Positions 10,080-20,100 of a DNA stretch of 64,000 nucleotides are shown piece after piece. Below the pieces are notes generated by a model, which did not search any database, was not told where the DNA came from, and saw only the letters and a list, made by a program, of their open reading frames with translations. Made by a program: the position numbers and the translations under genes. This DNA is from Ostreococcus lucimarinus (Eukaryota): assembly GCA_000092065.1 (NCBI GenBank), contig CP000584.1, one strand, 5' to 3'. Position 1 is the first letter of the stretch. Each line of letters opens with the position of its first letter.

Positions 10080-10274
10080 GGCGCCGCGCGCGCGCGAGTC
10101 GCTCGGTTCGCTTCGAGCGCGGGCGCGAGCGACGCCGGGCGTGGACGCGCGTCGCGGTGTGCGGGACGCGCGCGCGCGAGCGGCGAGCGGGACGACGAGA
10201 CGGCGTCGAATCGGCGAAACAAAACGTTTAATCGGGCTATGCTACACAACGACACGCGACACAATATTTCTCAC

Positions 10275-11453
10275 TCACTTGCGCCCGTTTGAATCGCGGG
10301 ATTTCTTCTTGGCGGCTTTGGCGGCTTCTTTTTCCATGGCGCGGCGTTGCGCGCGCGGCAGCTTGGCGTACTCGGCTTCGGCGGCTTTGCGCTTGTTGTC
10401 GGCTTCGAGCTCCTCGGGCGTCGGCACGGGAGGCGTCGAGGACGCGATCCAAAGCTGAGAAACCCACTTTTCGTGACCTTCTTTCGCGGGCGTGGCGGTG
10501 TGCAGGGTTCGGGCGTCCGGCATGCACGCGGCGGAGCTCGGGAAGAAGACCAACGCCTTGCCCTTCTTCGGCGCGACTTCGATGCCCAGGTGCTCGAAAC
10601 GCGTCTCACCACCCTCGTCGACGTCGTTCAGGTACACCAAAATAGTCGCGCGTCGTTGATACCCCTTATCCGCGGCGACAGCGATCGGAAAGCCGTCTTC
10701 GTGCGCCTTGAAATACTCGCCGCCAGAGTAGTGCGCCACCTGCGGCAACTCAAACGACCACTTGCCTTCGCCCGCCTCGGGCGCTCGGAACGCATCCGCA
10801 TCCTTACTCAACCCCTCCACCGCGGGCAACAAGTACTCCGCGCGGCTCAAAATCGCCTTCTTCGTCGCGTGATTCTCCAACCCGTGCGAATTCAGCGCCA
10901 CCGTCCTCGACGTTCGAATGTTTTCGTTCGCCGCGCCGCCGATGGCGCTCACCTTCAACCCTCCGCTCGCCTCCGCGCTCGCCGTCAACATATCGCACTC
11001 GTTCGCGCTCAAAAAGTCATCCACCGTGAAAACGGGCGGGTCGATGTTTAACACGCGCAGCCCTGGCATGTCGTTCGTGCGCACGCCCATGAATTCAAAC
11101 GACAGAAATCCCGTAAACGACGTTCGCCACTCCTCCGGGGCGTCCCTGAGCAGCACGCCGCCCTCGAGCAATTGTTCGGGAAGAATCTTCGACAGCGTCG
11201 TGCGCTCGTGCGCCGGCACGAACCGAGGCTTTTCTTCGCTCGGTTCCGCCGCGCCGTCGGCGTCGGCGCGGCGCAGAACGCGCGCGCGACGGGGGGTTCC
11301 GACGCGAAGTTGACCTAGACCCTGAATGGCGTTCGAGCGATGCGCGCGCGACGCGGCGGTGACGCGCGCGACGGCGTGACGCGGCGAGTGCGTCGCGCTC
11401 GTCGTGCGCATCGCGCCGCGGGTGAACGGCGAGGCTCGGGCGATGGACGCCAT
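10275..11453 (-). CDS. 2-oxoglutarate/Fe(II)-dependent oxygenase, prolyl 4-hydroxylase-like
   Basis: P4H catalytic core motifs are present: YFKAHEDGF (HxD-like), VYLNDVDEGGETRFEH, KGKALVFFP and a C-terminal ...HTATPAKEGHEKWVSQLWI. There is an N-terminal Ser/Arg/Ala-rich presequence and a Lys-rich tail. Confidence 0.7.
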   Translation of the reverse strand: MASIARASPFTRGAMRTTSATHSPRHAVARVTAASRAHRSNAIQGLGQLRVGTPRRARVLRRADADGAAEPSEEKPRFVPAHERTTLSKILPEQLLEGGVLLRDAPEEWRTSFTGFLSFEFMGVRTNDMPGLRVLNIDPPVFTVDDFLSANECDMLTASAEASGGLKVSAIGGAANENIRTSRTVALNSHGLENHATKKAILSRAEYLLPAVEGLSKDADAFRAPEAGEGKWSFELPQVAHYSGGEYFKAHEDGFPIAVAADKGYQRRATILVYLNDVDEGGETRFEHLGIEVAPKKGKALVFFPSSAACMPDARTLHTATPAKEGHEKWVSQLWIASSTPPVPTPEELEADNKRKAAEAEYAKLPRAQRRAMEKEAAKAAKKKSRDSNGRK

Positions 11454-11550
11454 GTCGGATTGTGAGGTGGGAGGGGAGGGGGCGCGGACGGCGGCGGCGA
11501 GCGGGACGGACGGCGACGCGTAATGTCGAGCGGTGACGTTCGTGCGTGGG

Positions 11551-12861
11551 CTACATGCGAGCTAAGACAGTTTTGCCGAACGCGATTCCGAGGAAGGTGG
11601 CGACGGTGTACCCGAGAACGCCTACGAGCATGGCGGGGACGACGAGGGATTTCCAATTTTTCGCCGAAGCCATCGCGGCGGCTGTGGTGGGACCGCCGAC
11701 GCACGCGTTGGAGGCTAGTAAAGCGTTCGCTTTGTCGAATCTGAGCGCTTTGCCGACGGCGAGGAGGAATGCTAAGTGAATGGCGACCTGTAGGCAGGAG
11801 AAGACGAATAAGGACGGCGCAGTGGTGAGCATGTGGGTGATGGATCCCGACGCGCCGACGGCGACGAAGAAGGCTTGCATGACGAGCGTCGCGAGCGCCT
11901 CGCCCGAGCCCGCGAGCGCTCCGAGACGTCTAGGTATCGCCGTCGCGAGAACGACCGTTATCAACGTGATGATCGGGATGTCCATGCCACGCAGATTGAG
12001 CGCGGCGGAGATGAGCTTCGCCGCGTATCCGACGGAGGCCGCCACGGCGAGCGCGTACGACGCGCGCAACGCGCTGAAAGGCTCACCCGCGCCCTCGCCC
12101 TCAACGAGCGCGACCGTGTCGAGCGCGACGTCGCCATCGCCCTGGCTCTCGCGCGCGTCGACGTCTCCGCCGTCGCGCGTTTTCGGCATCACGCCCTTCG
12201 CCAGCGCGAACAATCCCATAAAGTACAACGCGTTCATCAAATTATCCGCCGCCAAACCCGCCGCCATGATATTCGGTGTCATCTCCAACGCGTTCGCCAC
12301 GGCGACGAAATTCACCGCCCCCCCGATGTGTCGCGCCATCAACGCGCTCGCCATCTTCCACCCCTCCGCTCCTAGCGCCGTCATCGGCACCGCCGCGAAC
12401 GCCCCCAGCGTCCCGAGCGTCGTCCCGAGCGCGCCGACGACGAAACACGGCAACAAGCGCGCCGATCCGCGCAGCACTCGTCGCACGTCCGCCGTGAACA
12501 GCAACATGGGCACCGCGAGCGGTAACAAGAACCCATTAATCATCCCGTACGTCGGCGCGTCCGTCGGCATGATTCCCGCGTTCGCGAGCGCGAGCGCCGC
12601 GAGCGTGCTCACCAGCGGCGCGCCGCCCGCGTTCGCTCCCCACGGGCGCTTCTCCGCCCAAAGCCCGAACGCACCGCACGCGAGCACCGCGGTCCAAACA
12701 CCGAGCGCGTCGGTCGGCGCGATGAGCGCGCGCGTCGCGGCGTCGCGCGTTCGGCGCGTTCGGGACGCACCGCCGTCCCGAACGCGCGACTTCGCGCGGC
12801 GTTCGCGCGCCGGCGCGGGCGCGCGCGCGCGCGCGACCGACGCGAGCGCGTCGCGCGACAT
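11551..12861 (-). CDS. Multi-pass membrane protein, DUF819-like
   Basis: It has about 10 predicted TM helices. It has the motif NFVAVANALEMTPNIMAAGLAADNLMNALYFMGLFALA, which I recall as characteristic of the plant/algal/bacterial DUF819 family. The N-terminus is an Arg/Ala-rich presequence. Confidence 0.5.
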   Translation of the reverse strand: MSRDALASVARARAPAPARERRAKSRVRDGGASRTRRTRDAATRALIAPTDALGVWTAVLACGAFGLWAEKRPWGANAGGAPLVSTLAALALANAGIMPTDAPTYGMINGFLLPLAVPMLLFTADVRRVLRGSARLLPCFVVGALGTTLGTLGAFAAVPMTALGAEGWKMASALMARHIGGAVNFVAVANALEMTPNIMAAGLAADNLMNALYFMGLFALAKGVMPKTRDGGDVDARESQGDGDVALDTVALVEGEGAGEPFSALRASYALAVAASVGYAAKLISAALNLRGMDIPIITLITVVLATAIPRRLGALAGSGEALATLVMQAFFVAVGASGSITHMLTTAPSLFVFSCLQVAIHLAFLLAVGKALRFDKANALLASNACVGGPTTAAAMASAKNWKSLVVPAMLVGVLGYTVATFLGIAFGKTVLARM

Positions 12862-12990
12862 GCGCGCGATCGACGCGCGCGCGTTCGGGCGCCGGCGCGC
12901 GCGTCGCGCGCGAGGAGAGCCGCGAGAGCGTCACTTTAACGCGCGCGGTGCGGTGCCGCCGCGACGCGAAGCGAACCGACGCCGCGCTCG

Positions 12991-13188
12991 ATGTCGTCGC
13001 TCGCGCAGCCGGCGGCGTCGCAGGCGAAGGTGCTCGTCGGCGTGCTGGCGGGGTGCGCGATCGCGGCGGTACCGTTCGCGTTCAAGACGGTTCGACAGAG
13101 GGAACAGGTGGTGGCGGAGGCGCGGGACGGGGCGTACGACGCGCGGGACGACGCTCGCAACGCGCGACTGAGCGCGAAAAAGCGTTAG
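12991..13188 (+). CDS. Possible small single-pass membrane protein (65 aa)
   Basis: A short ORF sits in the 420-bp gap between two minus-strand genes. It has a hydrophobic core LVGVLAGCAIAAVPFAF and an AT-rich stretch immediately downstream. There is no homology support. Confidence 0.2.
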   Translation: MSSLAQPAASQAKVLVGVLAGCAIAAVPFAFKTVRQREQVVAEARDGAYDARDDARNARLSAKKR

Positions 13189-13282
13189 ATTATCGTTGTA
13201 GTGATATGTGATCTGTGTGTGTGTTCGTTCACGCGCGCGTGGGCTGGCTAGTGTGTGGGTGGTACTACAGAACGGGGCTGCG

Positions 13283-15379
13283 CTACGCGACGGGCTCGTC
13301 GGCTACGCGCGGCGGCGCGGCGGCGGCTCGCGCGCTCGGCACGAGTCTCGGTAACGCGTCCTTGATGTGCTGCAAACTGCGCACGAGAAGCTCTTCAGAT
13401 TCTGGCACGGAGTCGAGGCTGTGCACGGTGCGGCGATCGTTCACAGGGTCGGTGTGGACGACCAATTGAAACGTCGGCGACAGGAGAATTTCGCGCTCGT
13501 CGTAAAAGTTGACTTGAATCGTTTTGTTGGATAAACGCCACATGACGCCCTTGGAGGTGCGGAGCCAGCTCTTTACGTATGGTGGCATCGTTTGTGGATC
13601 CCGCGCGCGCGACTCGCCGTCGTGCGAAAGACCGCCGATGGACTGGTACACCGAGCCGCGATGTTTGGTGTCGGAGAGATACTCGCGGAAATGCCCGGCG
13701 AGCAAAACCTTCTTCGCCACGTCACGACCATACTTTCGCGCCTCTGCGGGATAGACAAGCATGCGACCGAAATCGCTCCCTAGTGCTCGCGCCTTCTCAG
13801 GATCGATCACGGTGTCTTCGATCGGGGGATCGGGGTTTTGCGAGTGCGGCGACGCCATGTACACGATGGGCGAGTCGGCGGTCCCCTCCATAAACATCAT
13901 TCTTGTATCGTCGTTGAACGCCACGCCAATCGTGCCATCGCTCAGTTTATACCCCATGCCGTACTTCGATGTGAAATCGACCCACGAATCGACCCATAGA
14001 TGCGGGAAGTAGCTCGCCATCGCGCGAGATTCGTCTTCAGAATCCGTGCGCAATTGCAAACTGTCGAGCTTGTCGCCCAGAAGCGACGTGGGGTGGCCGG
14101 TCTCGATATCACCGTCGGTCGAAGCGCTCGCGTACTCCGGTTCGCGACACCGATTCGTCGCGAGCAGTCCATTGGAGGCGCTTTCCACCGCTACGACGTC
14201 TCTCTCCATCGCCCTCGCGTGCGCGCCCGCCGTGAGCCTATTCTGATCTAAACTTTGCAGCGGCGAACGCAATTGCTGCGTCGCCGCGGACGGATTCGTC
14301 GCCTTCGATGGCGCTTCGGCACAGATTGTGTCACCGTCTCGAGCGTCGAGTCTGCGCGATTTCGTCACCGGCTTTTTCGGTGACGATACCGTCGTCGTCT
14401 TTGATCGTCGTTCGACGTACGGTGCCGGCTTTTCGTCAGCTAATTTCCAGTCCTCCGCACCGAGCTTCATGAACGGGTGCGCCGCTATCTGTTGCAATGT
14501 CGGTCGCTTCTCGGGCTCGGCGCTCAGAGCGGCGCGAATCAAATCCTTGGTAGAGTCCGCGATCGGAGGGTCATCTGGTATGTCGTACTCGTTGGCTCGA
14601 ATGCGTTTGTACGTCAACTTGACATCCTTGGTTTGAAACGGCGGCGAGCCGAAGAGCAACGTGTACAGAATTACCCCCAACGACCACGTATCGACTTCGT
14701 AGGAGTGACCGGGACCTTCTTTACCCTTGAGAACTTCTGGTGCGATGTAATTCGGTGTCCCGCAAATCGTCCTTCGCCGCTCGTCGTCGTGATCCATCGC
14801 GCACGCCAAACCGAAATCTCCAATCTTCACTCGCTTCGCCGCGCCGAGCTTATTCAACTCGGCGTCCGTTCCAGGTCCGCCGCCCTCCGCTTTGATCTCC
14901 TCCAACCCTTCTTTGGTCAAAAACAGATTTCCGAGCTTCAAGTCTCTGTGAATCACTCGCATCGCGTGCAGGTGCGCCGTCGCCGACACCGCCTCTCGCA
15001 TGTAACACGCCGCCGCCATCTCTCTCATGGCACCGCGAGACTTTACGATATCCGCCAACGTCCTGTTCGAACACATCTCCATCAAGATGTACACGTGATT
15101 ATCGTCCTCGAAACAACGCTCAAACCGCACCACTTGATCGCACGAGACGCTCTTGTGAATCCGAATCTCCGTCACCATCTTCTTCCTCGCCCGCGGTTTC
15201 TCCAGCGTCGACTTCGCCACCACCTTACACGCGAACGACCTCCCCGTCGCCGCTTCCTGCACCGCAAACACCACCGCGAACCCTCCTTTCCCTAACGCGC
15301 GTCCTCGAATGTACCGCCGCGCCCGCTTCGCGCCGTCGCCGCCGTCGTAATACTCCGTGATGACGCGCGGACACCTCAC
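13283..15379 (-). CDS. PLK: Polo-like kinase (Ser/Thr kinase domain plus C-terminal polo-box domain)
   Basis: Kinase subdomains are present (GKGGFAVVF, HRDLKLGNLFL, DFGLA, GTPNYIAPE). The C-terminus carries two polo-box signatures (WVDFTSKYGMGYKLSDGTIGVAFNDDTRMMF; SWLRTSKGVMWRLSNKTIQVNFYDEREILLS). Confidence 0.9.
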   Translation of the reverse strand: MRCPRVITEYYDGGDGAKRARRYIRGRALGKGGFAVVFAVQEAATGRSFACKVVAKSTLEKPRARKKMVTEIRIHKSVSCDQVVRFERCFEDDNHVYILMEMCSNRTLADIVKSRGAMREMAAACYMREAVSATAHLHAMRVIHRDLKLGNLFLTKEGLEEIKAEGGGPGTDAELNKLGAAKRVKIGDFGLACAMDHDDERRRTICGTPNYIAPEVLKGKEGPGHSYEVDTWSLGVILYTLLFGSPPFQTKDVKLTYKRIRANEYDIPDDPPIADSTKDLIRAALSAEPEKRPTLQQIAAHPFMKLGAEDWKLADEKPAPYVERRSKTTTVSSPKKPVTKSRRLDARDGDTICAEAPSKATNPSAATQQLRSPLQSLDQNRLTAGAHARAMERDVVAVESASNGLLATNRCREPEYASASTDGDIETGHPTSLLGDKLDSLQLRTDSEDESRAMASYFPHLWVDSWVDFTSKYGMGYKLSDGTIGVAFNDDTRMMFMEGTADSPIVYMASPHSQNPDPPIEDTVIDPEKARALGSDFGRMLVYPAEARKYGRDVAKKVLLAGHFREYLSDTKHRGSVYQSIGGLSHDGESRARDPQTMPPYVKSWLRTSKGVMWRLSNKTIQVNFYDEREILLSPTFQLVVHTDPVNDRRTVHSLDSVPESEELLVRSLQHIKDALPRLVPSARAAAAPPRVADEPVA

Positions 15380-15932
15380 CTCCTTCGCTCGATCTTGCCT
15401 GCGTCGCCGTCGCCGCGTCTCCGACCGTCAGTCGGCGTTCGCGCTTACCACCGCGTTTCTCGATCCTCACCGCGCGCCCTCGTCGCCCGCGCCGCCGTCG
15501 ATTCGCCCGCGCGCGTCGTCATCGCGAATTTCAAATTTCAAATCGCGTCCCGTCGCACCTCGGCGTTTTCTTCATCGGCGCGTCCTCGCGCGCGAGCGCC
15601 GCGGACGGCGTCGCGTCGTTCGCGCGGCGATTTCTCGGCGCGATGTTTTCATCGTTCAGCAGCGACATCGCGCGCGCGCGCGTCTCGCGCGTCGCGTTAA
15701 GACGTACATCCGGGGACGCGCCGACGGTCGCCGGCGTCGGTCCGCGCTCGACGCGCGTTGACTTTTGTTTTCGCGCGACGCGACGGCTCGGACGTCGCGG
15801 GCGCGACGACGACGCGGGAAAAAAGTGACGGTCGCGACGGTGGCGCGCGGTCGCGCGGTGCGCTCGCGATCCGACGCGCGCGACGCGCGACGGCGCGTCG
15901 TCGCTCGCGGTTTCTTCGCGCGGAACGCGAAC

Positions 15933-15990
15933 CGACGAATATCGGAGACGACGACGACGACGAATATCGGAGACGACGACGACGACGGCG
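15933..15990. repeat. Direct repeat (two copies of a ~27-nt unit CGACGAATATCGGAGACGACGACGACGA) in divergent promoter region
   Basis: Seen directly in the 636-bp spacer between the PLK start (15379, minus strand) and the MDR start (16015, plus strand). Confidence 0.5.
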
Positions 15991-16014
15991 ACGGCGCGCA
16001 CACCGCGGCGCGCC

Positions 16015-17181
16015 ATGCGTCGATTCCGAAGGGCCGTGTTCGCGAAGCGCGCGCCCGCGGGCGTCGTCGTCGCGACCGTCGCGCCGTCGCGAAGGTTTCG
16101 GACGTCGGACGCGCCGCGCGCGCGGTCGCTCGCGCGCGAGATTGGACGCTTCGCGCGGCGCGCGTGGACGCGCTTTTGGGCGAACGTTTGGGGCGACGGC
16201 GAGGTCGATCCGCCTCGGCCGCGCGTGCTGGTGAAGGTGCGCGCGTGCTCGTTGAATCCGGTGGACGCCAAGTATCTGTACGGCGATAAGTGTCCGAGGA
16301 TGTTTCGGCCGTTCGTGCGCGGCGTCGTGGACGGCCGAGGCGTGGGATTTGACTTTAGCGGCGTCGTCGTCGAGGCGGACGCGAACGCGGAATTTAGACG
16401 AGGTCAAGCCGTGTTCGGGGTCGCACCGCCGCTTGAGGGCGCGTGCGCTGAGTACGTGGAGTGCTACGCCGATATGATCGCGGAGAAGAGCGTCAACATG
16501 ACGCACGCCGAAGCCGCGGCGATCGGCCTGTGCGGCGCGACGATTTGCCAAGCGCTCGACGCGTTTTGCAAAGTCGTTCCGTCACCCGTGCTCGTCATCG
16601 GCGCCTCTGGTGGATTGGGTCATTTAGCGGTGCAAATCTGCAAATGCGAGGGCGCAGAAGTCGTCGGCGTTTCGTCGGCGCGAAATTTGGAGTTTGTGCG
16701 TTCGCTCGGCGTCGACGCCGCGGCGCCGTACGACGATCCGGACTCGACGTTGGAAGAACACCTCGCCGAATGGGGGCACGGTCACAAGAAGTTCAAGCTC
16801 ATACTAGACACGGTCACGTCCAACGCCGCGGTGGACGCGCAGTACGATTACTGCTCGCGCCTGCGCGAAATCGTCGACGATGACTGTCGCTACGTAAAGT
16901 TCGGAGGAACGCCCACGCAATGGGCGTTCGCCCACATTCGTCGCATCGGGTTGACAGTGCCGTTCTCCGACTTTCACAAGCGCGCGCCACCGTTCTGGAT
17001 CTACTTCCGCGGCCTCGAGCGCCAATTGCGCTACTTGCGAGACATGTACGACGCCGGCGACTTGAAACCGCGCGTCGGTAATCGCTTCCCGTTCACGAAC
17101 GACGGCGTTCGCGACGCGTTCGCTCTCTTGCGCTCGCGCCGCGCCGTCGGTAAAGTCATCATCGACATCGATGAAAATTGA
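16015..17181 (+). CDS. Medium-chain dehydrogenase/reductase (zinc-binding ADH / quinone oxidoreductase-like)
   Basis: It has the MDR fold signatures: the catalytic-domain stretch VKVRACSLNPVDAKYLYG and the Rossmann motif VLVIGASGGLGHLAVQICK. The C-terminus reads RAVGKVIIDID. The N-terminus looks like a targeting presequence. Confidence 0.75.
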   Translation: MRRFRRAVFAKRAPAGVVVATVAPSRRFRTSDAPRARSLAREIGRFARRAWTRFWANVWGDGEVDPPRPRVLVKVRACSLNPVDAKYLYGDKCPRMFRPFVRGVVDGRGVGFDFSGVVVEADANAEFRRGQAVFGVAPPLEGACAEYVECYADMIAEKSVNMTHAEAAAIGLCGATICQALDAFCKVVPSPVLVIGASGGLGHLAVQICKCEGAEVVGVSSARNLEFVRSLGVDAAAPYDDPDSTLEEHLAEWGHGHKKFKLILDTVTSNAAVDAQYDYCSRLREIVDDDCRYVKFGGTPTQWAFAHIRRIGLTVPFSDFHKRAPPFWIYFRGLERQLRYLRDMYDAGDLKPRVGNRFPFTNDGVRDAFALLRSRRAVGKVIIDIDEN

Positions 17182-20100
17182 ATACACGAACACCGTCCCG
17201 CGCGGCGGCGCGCCGTTTTCAAATCGCGACAGCTGCGCCGCGCCTCACACATCGTCGCGCGTCGCGCGCGTCTTCCGCGGCCCCACCGAACGCGGCGCGG
17301 TGGCGAAGCATGTCGCGCGACGAAGATTGCGACCTGAGTCCGCGCGAGATCGCGTCGCCGCGCGACGCCGACGACGAGGGCGATGATGTTCGCGTCGTGT
17401 GCATCGACGAAGGCGACGACGCGACGCCGCGCGCGCGCGCGTCCGCGGACGCGCCGGACGCGACGACGTCGACGCGAGCATTCCCAGGCGCGTCCACGGC
17501 GCCGGACGCGCGCGCGGCGCGGTTCAAACCGGAACTGAGCGTCAAGTCGTACTTTAAGAAGATTGAACCAAACGACGCGACGCGCGACGGCGACGCGACG
17601 ACGCCGGAGGACGCCTCGCCGAAGCGTCGGCGAGGGTTGGTGAAGATTGAATTCGAAAAGGACAGGCGCGAATTCACGACGAAGGCGATCGGGGGATGTA
17701 AGGTGAAGTTTCCGGAGGGACTGAATCCACATCCGGCGCAGACGATGACGATGTCGAGCATCATTCGAGCGTTGACGAAACGCGAGCACGCGATGATTGA
17801 GTCGCCCACGGGGACGGGGAAAACGTTAGCGCTGTTGTGCGGGGCGTTGGCGTGGCAGGAACGAGAGGTGGCGCTTTCGATGGAGAAGAACAAGGGCTAT
17901 TGGTCGGAAAAGATGAAGTATCAAACGGCGCGGAACGCGTACAAAGACGCGGTGGAGAACGGGAAGACGCCGACGGTGGAGCGCGGCGTCGGTTGGGCCT
18001 CGAATGATCCGTATTTTCCGAATCCGCACGGTTCGACGCTCCGACCGAAGATTTTCATCTGTTCGCGAACGCATTCGCAGATTAATCAAATTTTGCGTGA
18101 ACTCAAGCGAACGGGGTATTCGCCGCGGTACAGCGTGCTGTCCTCGAGACAACGGATGTGCCCGATGGAAAAGAACGACGCGCAGTGCAAAGAATTACTC
18201 GGCACTGGAGTGGCTCAACAGAGCGGTCGCACGGCGTGCGGGTTTTTCAATCGACACAAGCACGTGTCGTCGAACATGGAGCGATACCCGAAGGCGGGCG
18301 AAGAAGGCATGTTTCCGAGCGCGTGGGACATGGAAGACTTTGAGCGCGTCGTGAATGAAATCGAAGGTTGTTCGTTTTACGCGCTTCGCGAGATGGTGAA
18401 GACCGCGGATTTGATCTTTTGCCCGTACAATTATCTGTTTGACGTGAACATTCGACGAAAGATGAAGATAGATCTGAAGGACGCCGCCGTCATCATCGAT
18501 GAAGGGCACAATCTTGAAGACGTGTGCAGAGAAGGTTCGTCGATTGAGTTTTCGCTCGACACCATCGGAAAAGGTATGGATGAGTTGTCGAAGACTTGGG
18601 GGAAAATCAACAACGAAACGAGTTTGATCGCCAGATTCTTTCGAGCGATTTCCGCGTTCATGGAGGGTCTTTTCTGCACCAACACCGCGCCGACGACGGT
18701 GATTCAATCGAACCAGCTCGAGTACTTCGTAAACGACATGCTGAAAACATTCAACGCGGTGGGTGAGTACACGCAGGACATCATAGACGTCGTAGAAAAG
18801 TTACTCACTGAGGACAGCAATTTGATGTCGCCTATCATCGCGCCGCACATTACGTTCGCCGGAGATCTAGCCGAAGTTTTGCAAAACGCCGTCAAGCACG
18901 CGGCTGCGTACAACATTTTCATCGGCTCGCGGGTTGAAATCGACGGCGATGAATGTCCAGGTATGGTGATTCAGTGCATGAAGCCGTCAGTCGCGTTTCA
19001 CGCCGTTGCGGAGAAAGCGCGCTCGGTAATCATCACCTCTGGTACGTTGTCGCCGATGAATACGTTCGAGGCGGAGCTCGCCGAGAAGTTTCCGACGAAA
19101 ATCGAAGCGCCCCACGTGGTGCCAAACGATCACGTGTACGTCGAAGTGACGAGCGCGATTGGCGAGGTGACGTACAAGGCGACAGATGGACACGTCCAAG
19201 GACCGAAGTTCGCGAAAAAGTTGGGCGAATACTTGTTGAAATACGCTCAAGTCATCCCGGGAGGGATGCTCGTGTTTCTTCCAAAGTATAGTCTCATCGA
19301 CCGCGTCTTGCGCGAATGGCACGTGACTGGTTTGTTTGGGAAGATGAACGATTACAAACGCGTCGTCGTGGAAACGCGGGGCGCGCGAGGTTTCCAGGAC
19401 ACCCTGAACGAATTCAATCTCGGAAACACGAACGGTAAAGGATCGTTGATGCTTGCCGTGTACCGCGGTAAAGTGTCCGAAGGTATCGATTTCAAAGACG
19501 ACAGCGCGCGGGCTGTGTTTTGCGTCGGCATTCCGTTTCCGAGCGTCTACGACATCAAGGTGAAGGCGAAGAAAGAATTTAACGATTTACCCGTTTCTCG
19601 AGCGCAAGGCATGCTATCGGGCGGCGAGTGGTACCGCGCGCAGGCGTACCGCGCGTACAACCAAGCGCTCGGTCGTTGCATTCGCCATCCGAAGGATTAC
19701 GCCGCGTTGTTCCTCGTCGACTCGCGTTTTCGCGAAAGTCGTTGGATGCTGAACAACATCTCTAAATGGATTCGCAACAACGCGCAGGCGTCCGACGACG
19801 TCAATCAAAGCGTGCGAGTGGTGGATGGATTCTTTAAGCGCCTTCGCGGCGCATCCGACGGAAACGCGCCGGCGGGGTCGACGGCAAAGCACGAGGAAAC
19901 TCAACAAAAAGAAAATCTCCTCTGCGGCCTGGGGTGCGAGAAAAACGCCGCGCTCTGCGCCGCGCTCGAGAGACTCCACGAAGCGAGTATGCTTTCGCCC
20001 GAGGAGCCGATGAAAGTGAACGCGTATGCGAAAGCGTTGACGTCCATTCGCGCGTTGAAGTACGAAGTCACGAGTGGCGCGAAGATGAGTAAAGCGGGTC

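Noticed and set aside
17178-17181. ATGA overlap of the MDR stop codon with the first ATG of the helicase ORF. This suggests a prokaryote-like translational coupling.
   Set aside because: The context is eukaryotic (introns, Sm, VPS, AP-4 genes). The helicase more plausibly starts at the downstream Met at 17310, and the overlap is a consequence of ORF extension.
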